From IMG/VR virus record IMGVR_UViG_3300013286_000013, positions 1 through 64,000 of that record: a stretch of 64,000 nt of DNA; one strand, written 5' to 3'. Source of the DNA: a virus. The notes beneath the pieces are model-generated. The model was not told the origin of the DNA. It made no database searches and worked only from the letters and a program-made list of their open reading frames with translations. The translations under genes were made by a program, and so were the position numbers. Positions 57,801 to 64,000 of this stretch are shown in pieces; within the stretch, counting starts at the first letter, position 1, and the number at the start of each line of letters is the position of its first letter.

Positions 57801-58756
57801 TCAATTCTGCAACCATTGACATGGGTGGATTGACGTTGACATCTATCAATAGCGTATTACAACTGCCTAGTACTGCCGTCTACGGTACCCAAACAAGTAC
57901 AAGCACCATTACAGGGGCGCTAACTCTACAAGGTGGACTGGGACTAACAGGCGATATATTTGCCCGTAACTCAATCAATGGCGCAGATATTACGTCAACT
58001 GGAACCATTTATCGTTCAGGTAATATCACTAAATCTTCAATTGGAAACTTGGGATTTGCACTTGACATCGCTAATGCAACTTACACAGATTCTGGATCTA
58101 ATGGTACAGTGGCGCAAACTGCAATATCACATTTTCACGGTTCAACCATCAGTGCTACTGGCGGAACAGTAAGCTATACCAATGCGGCTACAGTCTATAT
58201 TGGAAATGCGCCGGTAACAGGAAATGGCAATACGACAATTAATAATGCATGGGCATTGCAGATTAACAATGGCAAGACTAGGCTAAATGACAGCTCAGTA
58301 TCTAACAGCACACAGAGTGGTGCCCTACAAGTTGTCGGCGGTGTTGGTATCGGCGGCGATCTGTATGTTCAAAATACCTTAAACGTTATCGGCAATACTG
58401 CAAACATTGGTAACAGTGAGATATTTACATTTACAAGTCCTGCACTTTCAACAAGTAACAAGATTAATCTTGATACCTTTGCAGTTGCAAGTTATCAATC
58501 TGCCAAATATTTCATACAGGTTGTGGATAATACTGCACTAGGTGTAGCCAACAAAATGTATGTTACAGAGCTGATTGTATACCATGACAGCATAGGTGGA
58601 GTGTACATATCAGAATACGGTATGGCCAGTAACTTTGGTGATCTAGGTACATTTGATGCTGTGATCAGCGGTCTAAGCGTTCAACTAACTTGGCAACCAA
58701 ACTATGTTCCGGTATCGATGGTTGTTAAAGTACATAGAACCACGCTCAGTAGATAA
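51863..58756 (+). CDS. 2,297-aa Thr/Gly-rich long fibre protein
   Basis: Many STSTTTGAL-x-V-x-GGVGIG repeats, TNTGVLS-x-x-AG repeats, and a C-terminal DTF...YQSAKYFIQV...ELIVYHD...ISEYG domain. Confidence 0.8.
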   Translation: MPSLLSGKVKLVSPGTNYTVVNNYISLSQAQAGLGASPTTNTGYTLVIGPNGQATYTNTLGQIAFSTGTITSQAPTGDLTLNPSGTGTITLNGPVNIPQGIQGSGFKTEAKRATTGNVLVNQSTSTVVYDGYHVDYLDRLLVRAQDDARSNGIYYVYTATFATNVVTTQINYTQNSYTATTYNVGDANSLVAGSTLTSLFVGFNTTIVQILDSSTFLMSNPALGNITGAVSTASSKGLTNFVTLSRSTDAYTTGGLKHVVVPIVGGTYEGRLFYTSFLATQVVGVDPINWYEIVDSTSYQTVYNKYLENSSIGSYLPNTGRFTNLTAINTATFTNATDSTATNNGAVIVTGGVGIQKSLFVGGATNIQGSLNVNSQANINPADATVSIQPTGIGTVTINPSTKGTINNIDIGNTIPKNGTFVNLTANNQLLVTSTSQSTSTTTGAVQIAGGVGIGGNLVLGGQLIFSGLADEFVVNNFRAKGQVLFTTSTNSTSTTTGGLIVSGGVGIAQDLVLGGKLIFQGSGTNLSLSTLSVTSSSQSTSTTTGALTVVGGVGVGGNLTLGGQLIFSGAAGNLKVSTLAVTSSTNSTSTTTGAFTVTGGVGIGRDLVLGGSLVFTNASGTINAAQVHILGTNTSVSTQTGALVVDGGVGVAKDVVVGGNLDLGGQLTFNKSFTATFVALHITSTASNVASFVDNAIFVEGGQSVKKDLSVYGNTVLYGNLTVAGTQTVVDSQNTYIIDPVIDIGTGVDNTPLLVNDGYDRGMLLHYSTGVGAQFDNHAFIGRDATTGFLTYKVNIYPGGYEYFPPAFANTGSFGTAQFGGLRLSGGAVALSTNTGDLQVLGGIGVTGGSYFGGTLTLGSALANTTQTINHALVVSSGGIGVAGASFFAGTVKFSNAQASTDPSSGAVVLSGGLGVGGSIFTAGPMRIRNSTAAVSTGTGALVVSGGAGFDGDIYAHNIYTDAGLTQLANFNGGRISDPLFIDNTTTAISTTTGALRVGGGVGIGGALWVAGTANVSNLFVNGAAVLTTSSPTGFNGGTIIYPLQIGYSTSTLNTTGLTVNSGVNSVSTDSGAIVTIGGVGIGQDLHIGGTIYREGDITTANWGQTGIAVNLASAVYTDNQASGSFTNTNNVYVGQPIINSRYGSAYAQANTVFIEDAPKVKTTATTSIADSYAVWVNNGKVHIGSTASSATNYLNNALSVAGGIGIAGAIQASGPLSAPQIFDSGNRVVTFVDIIDGPGISSTPDKSGGTTATITINNTGVLTANAGTGINVDRSTGDVIISNVGVTKIETGPGISASTSTGTVSLVNTGVLSLIAGTDTAVSSTTGNITVYSTATLASVTSRGATTTSTIRLTNTQTGLVVGGDAVFSGTVAVTGTLNIGGASISGGNATFTSLQAGDTLITGQLTVSGTSTFINSQQLTVVDPVIDVGTNINNAPLLVNDGFDRGVLMHYSTTLSNNIKYDAHAFLGRDNASGKLTYRTNIWPGGVTDVPNPFSSTGTLGTAVFARLELQGGIASTSPTTGDLQVVGGIGVGGASYIAGQARFGSQLNANATATGAVIVDGGQSITKDLYIGGNVIVRGFVLTTATAYNGGEVFNPVIITNGTSATNTLTGALIVHDGGAGIGGDVWVGGALNAKSVLVDGKAITTDIHLVTGPGLVGAVTTSSGGVTITMTNTGILNLDAGPGISLANTGTSGITTITNTGVLSVSINGLGLKASTSTGSVVLTNIGVTAATAGAGISVNQNTGSIIITNVGVQSIGTIGGGITVTTSTGSVFLLNSGVTSLTAGTDTNVTAISGDITIWDISTLQSVTGRGNITTHDITIDSTTPTSNTASGALAVTGGVAVGQNLYAGGQIYALGGYLGLNPPAIFINNTNVTVTDNTTEHKVSVAINGTTTTTFDIVGEHILSTTNSTSTNTGALIVDGGIGLAKNIYVGGSATVANTLTVLSTSTMGSILPLPGGYYNLGSPTQRWGTLYINSATIDMGGLTLTSINSVLQLPSTAVYGTQTSTSTITGALTLQGGLGLTGDIFARNSINGADITSTGTIYRSGNITKSSIGNLGFALDIANATYTDSGSNGTVAQTAISHFHGSTISATGGTVSYTNAATVYIGNAPVTGNGNTTINNAWALQINNGKTRLNDSSVSNSTQSGALQVVGGVGIGGDLYVQNTLNVIGNTANIGNSEIFTFTSPALSTSNKINLDTFAVASYQSAKYFIQVVDNTALGVANKMYVTELIVYHDSIGGVYISEYGMASNFGDLGTFDAVISGLSVQLTWQPNYVPVSMVVKVHRTTLSR

Positions 58757-58762
58757 AACCTG

Positions 58763-58828
58763 TAGTTTCTCTCTCTTTGGTAAATAGTCGTATAAGCAAA
58801 TTTTTGCCATACGTGGAGAGGGAAACTA
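58763..58828 (+). promoter_or_regulatory. RBS-sequestering hairpin with a TAAATA late promoter (58781-86) between its arms
   Basis: TAGTTTCTCTCTCT (58763-76) pairs with GGAGAGGGAAACTA (58815-28): 14 bp with 2 G.U, covering the SD up to ATG 58829. Confidence 0.65.
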
Positions 58829-61800
58829 ATGGCTACTAATGACGATTTCATAGTCAAAAATGGTCTTGTGGTTCGTGCCGCAAGCTCAGAATATCAATCA
58901 ACAAGCACCCAAACTGGTGCAATCGTAACGCCCGGCGGATTAGGCATTGGCCAAAATGCGACTATCGGCGGACAACTCAATGTATTAAGTACCTCATCTT
59001 TTGCAGGCCAATTGCAAGTTGGCGGTATAACAAAGATACTTTCCACAGCGATTAACACAGCAACAGTGACGCCAACCGGCAATGCATTGCAAGTTGCAGG
59101 CGGCATTTATGCACAGAATATCAACATCGGCGGCATAGGTTTAATCAAGGGCTCGCAGATCCTAACACAAGCTGATGGTTTCAAAGGCGGTATCATTACC
59201 GAACCTTTAACCATCAACACAACTACCCAATCAACCAGCACATACTCAGGAGCATTAACAAGCCCTGGTGGTATTGGTATTGGTGGTAACTTAAACGTTG
59301 GCGGCTACGCACAGATCACAGGAACAACATACCTGTTTGGTGATGCCTATGGTAATGGTCAACATCTATTAACAAATCTAGTAGCAAGTCCCGGTCCTGG
59401 TATAGCTTCAAAAGTAACCTTTAACGGCTACACCGCAACAATTATCACTACCAACACTGGTGTATTATCAGTAGTAGGTGGAACAGGTATCAACGTAGAT
59501 ACTCCCAACGGCAACGTCACAGTTAGCAACGTTGGTGTTACATATATCCAAGCTGGCACAGATATCACCGTTGATGTCAACACTGGCACAGTCACTATCA
59601 ATGATGCCAGCACACTACAATCTTTATTAACACGTGGCAACTCAACCGATCAAATTGTTAACCTTAACAACGGTGCCATAAGCAATGACCCTACAATAAA
59701 CAATACATTAAATGTATTAGGCAGTATCGGGGCCACACAATTAACAGTGGCCAACACCAGTTATATTGGTGGAGCCATCGTTGTTACTACCAGTAACATC
59801 AATAGATACGTTGGCGGTGTTATTACAAATACTCTGCGTATTCAAAATACCACAAGTTCACTAAGCACACAAACAGGCGCCCTAGTAGTTGATGGTGGAG
59901 TGGGTGTTGGCCAGGATGTAAACATTGGCGGACAACTTTTTGTTCAAGGTGGTATTACAGTCCTTGGTAGTTATACCACAGTCACCATCAACTCAACACA
60001 AACAGTATTCACTGACCCTGTTATTGATCTTGGTTCTGGGTACAACAACAGAGCATTATCAATCAATGACGGTTTAGATAGAGGCGTCCTTCTACATTAT
60101 AATACTGGATCAAATACAACTTTTGATAATCATGCTTTCTTAGGTCGTCAAGCAAGCACCGGTAATTTAGTTTATCTAACAGACGTACTTCCTGGCGGTA
60201 ACGAAAACGTACCAAATCCTTTTGTAGGAGAATGGGGAACTTTCAAGACTGGCCAAATTATTTTAACAAGTCCAACTGCCAGTACCAGTACAACTTCTGG
60301 TGCGTTAACTGTAGTTGGTGGTATTGCTACACAGGGAAATTTAAATGCCAAGGCGGTTTATGATGCCGGCAATCGTGTAGTTACCAATATAAACGTTACA
60401 TCTACTCTAGTATCATTAACCGACCCAGGATCTGGTATCGCAGTAGTATCAACTGTGGTAACTGGCTCATATGTAACAGTAAACTTGACTAATACTGGTA
60501 TCGTTGGATTGTTTCCTGGCGCAGGTATTGGTATTGCAGGAACAGGCGGCTTCACAGCAACTAACGGTATGATGGTTGGCGTTCCAAACATCTACAATAG
60601 AGGTGTACTAACAGTCAGCGTAATAGGTGACCTAAACGTTACATGGAACGGCCAGTCATATTACACTGGTGATATTGTTCTAAGCAATTTATCTACACTA
60701 CAGACTGTAACAGATCGCGGTAGCTCAACTACTAATATTGTTAAAGTTTTAAATCAAACAACCAGCACAACAGATACCGCAACAAATGCCCTACAGGTGC
60801 TAGGTGGTATCAGTGCCAAGACCCTATTAATTACAGATTCTGGTTACATCAACGGCGCCCAAATAGTTACATCGTCAACGATTAACAGTTTCTCCGGTGG
60901 TACGATTAACAACTCGTTGTTCATCGCAAGCACACAAACATCAACAGGTTCTACATCTGGTGCATTGCGTGTATCTGGCGGCGTTGGACTTGCAACAACA
61001 TTAAATGTTGGCGGGCTAGGTTCATTCCTCAATACTGGAACAGCATTAAGTGTTACAGGCAACGCCCTATTCAGCAGTACTATATATGTCAACACAGTAT
61101 CTGCGCTGACACTAGGATTAGATCTAATCAGTGTTGGTACTGGCACAGTCAAAGTCAACGGAGTTGATCTACTAAGCCATCCTGCAAATGTAAAATATGT
61201 AAGTGCAACAAGCGGTAGCAATACTAACGACGGATGGCGCCCAAACAGTGCCTATGCTACCATTGCCTATGCATTGACCCAGGCCACTACTGGTACAGCA
61301 GTTTATCTTGCGGCGGGCACTTATACTGAAGTATTTCCTCTAACTGTTCCAGCAGGCGTTACCGTACAGGGCGCAGGCCTACGTTCTACCATCGTTCAAC
61401 CAACTACCGGTACTAAAAATAATAATGGATTTCTACTGAACGGTGAAGTATTAGTCTGCGACTTAACCGTTGCTAACTTCTTCCAACCAGGTTCAGGATT
61501 TGCCTTTACATCTGGTGCGAAGATCACTACCAAATCTCCTTACATCGAACGTGTAAGTGTTATTACTAGAGGTTCGGTAACCAGTGCAAGTGACCCGTTT
61601 GGATTCAACCAAGCTGATGCTGGTAACGGTGTAAAACTAGATGCAAGTCTATTAGATGCTACCAGCCTAGAGCCAGCAGTGTTGTTTAACGAAGCAACGT
61701 TTATCGTTCCAAATGCGGTTGGTATATACATGACCAACGGTGCTCGTGCAGAGTTGCTAAATGGTTTCACATACTTTGCCAGCAAGTCAATCCAAGCTGA

Positions 61801-64000
61801 AGCAGGTGCTACTGGTTTAGCCGGCGCAGGTAAAACAAGATTAAAACTTTCCGGTATAACAGGCACATTTGGGGTCGGCGACATTGTCACCTATAAAGAT
61901 CCAAGCGGCAACACAAAGGCACAGGGTACTATTGCCAGCACCGACGGCACATACATTTATCTAGCAGGGCCAGTCTGGGGATTTGAAACAATTACAGATC
62001 GCGCTGGCAAGACAGTTACTGCCTATGGTAATGCAAAACAAAGCACAGTTCAAAAGAAATTTGGTACCAGCTCTTATGTGGGTGACGGTTCAGGCGACTA
62101 TCTAGAAGTACTAAGCGACAGCGACTTCCAATTTGGTAGTCTAGGTAGCTATACTGTAGAGGCATGGATTTATCTAAACAGTCTAGGCAAGACACAGAGA
62201 ATTTTCTACAAAGGTACGGCTGGCACAAACTTTAGAGTAAGTGTTAATTCAAGCAATGTTCTAAGTGCAGTCCACGCAGGCGCCACTATTGTAGGTATCA
62301 CTGCTCTGACTACAGGTGTATGGTACCATGTTGCTCTTGTTAGAAATGCAGACCTAGGCACATTTAGAATATATCTAAACGGTACACTTGACGCATATAC
62401 AACTGGCGTAACTGGAAATGTAAACAACGTTGATCCGGTTAGTATCGGCGGCATTGCGGCAACTGCCGGCGATAGTCTCGACGGTTATATTGACGATTTT
62501 AGAATTAGCAATGTTGCAAGATATACTGCTGGAACATATACGGTCCCGACTTCTGCACAGACATCCGATGTTGCAACGGTCCTGATGCTGAACTTTGATG
62601 GCGGAAATCTTTCAACTACATTTGTTGATTCTGCCAACGGTACGCAAAATATCATATCAAATGCGGCCGCAAGTGCTACCCGCATCGCCCTAGCTGACTA
62701 TCATCAGTTTGGTGCAGAACTACGTTGTATTGGATCTGCATCAGTATACGGTACCCAGGGTGTTATCGCTAATGGTACTGGTACTGATTTAAAACTGATT
62801 GCCTACAACATGAGCCATATTGGCTCAGGCAAAGACTTTTCAAATGACAACAGTCTTGTTGTCCAAGCTAATGAAGTTATTCAAACAAATGGCGGTTTAG
62901 TATACTTCCAGACGGTCGACCAGACTGGTAACTTCCGTGTAGGCACCAGCTTCTTGATCAATGAACAAACTGGTAATGTAAGTTTTGGTAACGCCAACGT
63001 CAACTTATCTAGTTTAAATCAACTACAAATTACAGACGGCAGTCATTACGCAACTATTCTTCCAACGAGTATAAGCGTTGGTAACCTAAGTCTCAGCGGA
63101 AATAGCCTATCAGCTTTAAGTGGCGGTATTTCTATTACCCCATCGGGCGGCATTGTCACTATCAACAGTAGTGCAACAGTAGTTGGCGGCCTAACGATCA
63201 GTGGATCATTTGCTGTTCCTGCACTAATTAACTCAACAAGCACAAACACAGGTGCTCTAACAGTTGGTGGTGGCCTAGGGGTTGGACTACAAGTTCAAGC
63301 TGGCAGTACAATTACAACATACAGCGCAGCCGGCTCAACAAGTTCTATACTAAACAATGCTGTCACAGTTCCTAATGGCGGAATTGGAGCCAACACATTA
63401 TACCTAACAGGCAAAGGTTATTCTGCAGGTAATGAAATTGTTACAACTGCTACCATTGGTTCCAGCTTGGGCGGCACTGTTCCAAATGCACTACGCATCA
63501 CAAGTCTTACACAATCAACAAGTACAAACACAGGTGCTCTGGTTGTTGATGGTGGCGTTGGTATTGGTGGCAATTTAACAATAGGCGGCTCGTTAAACTT
63601 ACTAGGTGGCGGAAGTGTTCTAACAAATGTTTCTGCAACTACTGACGCATATATCGGTGCAAGCGTAACCAAGACTGGCACAACTGCAACAATTAATATT
63701 GTTAACCTAGGCGTTCAAACAGTAACCGCAGGGTCGGGTATCGCAGTATCTGCAAACACTGGTACAGTGCTAATCGCCAACACAGATACGCTAGATACTG
63801 TACTTGCTCGTGGAAGTTCGACTTCACAAATTATAACAATGAGCAATGTCGGCTATAGTACTTCAACTATTGCTGGAAATGTTCTACAAGTAACTGGCGG
63901 AATTGGAGCCGCACATTTATATCTAAGTACAGATGGTTTTATAGCAGGTGCGCAGATTGTTACTTCAAGTACAATTGGTTCTTTTGTTGGCGGACAAGCA
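58829..64000 (+). CDS. Large fibre protein (>1,724 aa, truncated at window edge) with beta-helix-like and LamG/ConA-like domains
   Basis: ATG 58829 (MATNDDFIVKNGLVVR...); not in the track because it has no stop in the window. STSTxTGAL repeats; YVSATSGSNTNDG...AAGTYTE...GAGLRSTIVQP at ~61190-61400; LamG-like YTVEAWIY...WYHVALVR...YLNG...GYIDDFRIS at ~62050-62600. Confidence 0.85.
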   Translation, partial: MATNDDFIVKNGLVVRAASSEYQSTSTQTGAIVTPGGLGIGQNATIGGQLNVLSTSSFAGQLQVGGITKILSTAINTATVTPTGNALQVAGGIYAQNINIGGIGLIKGSQILTQADGFKGGIITEPLTINTTTQSTSTYSGALTSPGGIGIGGNLNVGGYAQITGTTYLFGDAYGNGQHLLTNLVASPGPGIASKVTFNGYTATIITTNTGVLSVVGGTGINVDTPNGNVTVSNVGVTYIQAGTDITVDVNTGTVTINDASTLQSLLTRGNSTDQIVNLNNGAISNDPTINNTLNVLGSIGATQLTVANTSYIGGAIVVTTSNINRYVGGVITNTLRIQNTTSSLSTQTGALVVDGGVGVGQDVNIGGQLFVQGGITVLGSYTTVTINSTQTVFTDPVIDLGSGYNNRALSINDGLDRGVLLHYNTGSNTTFDNHAFLGRQASTGNLVYLTDVLPGGNENVPNPFVGEWGTFKTGQIILTSPTASTSTTSGALTVVGGIATQGNLNAKAVYDAGNRVVTNINVTSTLVSLTDPGSGIAVVSTVVTGSYVTVNLTNTGIVGLFPGAGIGIAGTGGFTATNGMMVGVPNIYNRGVLTVSVIGDLNVTWNGQSYYTGDIVLSNLSTLQTVTDRGSSTTNIVKVLNQTTSTTDTATNALQVLGGISAKTLLITDSGYINGAQIVTSSTINSFSGGTINNSLFIASTQTSTGSTSGALRVSGGVGLATTLNVGGLGSFLNTGTALSVTGNALFSSTIYVNTVSALTLGLDLISVGTGTVKVNGVDLLSHPANVKYVSATSGSNTNDGWRPNSAYATIAYALTQATTGTAVYLAAGTYTEVFPLTVPAGVTVQGAGLRSTIVQPTTGTKNNNGFLLNGEVLVCDLTVANFFQPGSGFAFTSGAKITTKSPYIERVSVITRGSVTSASDPFGFNQADAGNGVKLDASLLDATSLEPAVLFNEATFIVPNAVGIYMTNGARAELLNGFTYFASKSIQAEAGATGLAGAGKTRLKLSGITGTFGVGDIVTYKDPSGNTKAQGTIASTDGTYIYLAGPVWGFETITDRAGKTVTAYGNAKQSTVQKKFGTSSYVGDGSGDYLEVLSDSDFQFGSLGSYTVEAWIYLNSLGKTQRIFYKGTAGTNFRVSVNSSNVLSAVHAGATIVGITALTTGVWYHVALVRNADLGTFRIYLNGTLDAYTTGVTGNVNNVDPVSIGGIAATAGDSLDGYIDDFRISNVARYTAGTYTVPTSAQTSDVATVLMLNFDGGNLSTTFVDSANGTQNIISNAAASATRIALADYHQFGAELRCIGSASVYGTQGVIANGTGTDLKLIAYNMSHIGSGKDFSNDNSLVVQANEVIQTNGGLVYFQTVDQTGNFRVGTSFLINEQTGNVSFGNANVNLSSLNQLQITDGSHYATILPTSISVGNLSLSGNSLSALSGGISITPSGGIVTINSSATVVGGLTISGSFAVPALINSTSTNTGALTVGGGLGVGLQVQAGSTITTYSAAGSTSSILNNAVTVPNGGIGANTLYLTGKGYSAGNEIVTTATIGSSLGGTVPNALRITSLTQSTSTNTGALVVDGGVGIGGNLTIGGSLNLLGGGSVLTNVSATTDAYIGASVTKTGTTATINIVNLGVQTVTAGSGIAVSANTGTVLIANTDTLDTVLARGSSTSQIITMSNVGYSTSTIAGNVLQVTGGIGAAHLYLSTDGFIAGAQIVTSSTIGSFVGGQA

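Noticed and set aside
53422-63681. Many 60-130 aa minus-strand ORFs rich in Pro/Val/Thr
   Set aside because: They are the antisense reading of Gly/Thr repeat codons in the fibre genes.
51863-64000. Diversity-generating retroelement acting on fibre genes
   Set aside because: No reverse transcriptase in the window. The repeated modules appear to differ at all base types, not only at adenines.
1-64000. Stop-codon reassignment
   Set aside because: Core genes are full length in the standard code, and TAA, TAG and TGA all end genes at sensible positions.

Overview
This 64 kb window is the morphogenesis region of a large T4-superfamily-like myophage with a gene order unlike T4. It uses the standard genetic code, and I see no tRNA, rRNA or CRISPR. 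From left to right: (1) a minus-strand baseplate operon: a >3,900-aa giant ORF that runs off the left edge and is absent from the ORF track, plus gp6-, gp25-, gp5-, hub-, gp53- and tube-initiator-like genes; (2) a sigma70-driven plus-strand block: gp55-like late sigma factor, gp47/gp46, Hc1-like protein, 2OG-Fe(II) oxygenase and a short GIY-YIG nuclease, followed by a ~445-nt densely structured non-coding element; (3) a gp26-like tail chaperone with an apparent -1 frameshift extension, divergent from a tape-measure-like gene; (4) the head module: portal, core/scaffold proteins, prohead protease and major capsid protein; (5) very large fibre-like virion proteins, the last running off the right edge. 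Main leads: 13 phycobiliprotein-like C-x-R-D repeats in a 2,951-aa virion protein; the GIY-YIG-adjacent structured RNA candidate; the G/GT-type frameshift; and a TAAATA late-promoter system with apparent leaderless mRNAs and an RBS-sequestering hairpin. All calls come from reading motifs by eye; no database search or folding program was run.
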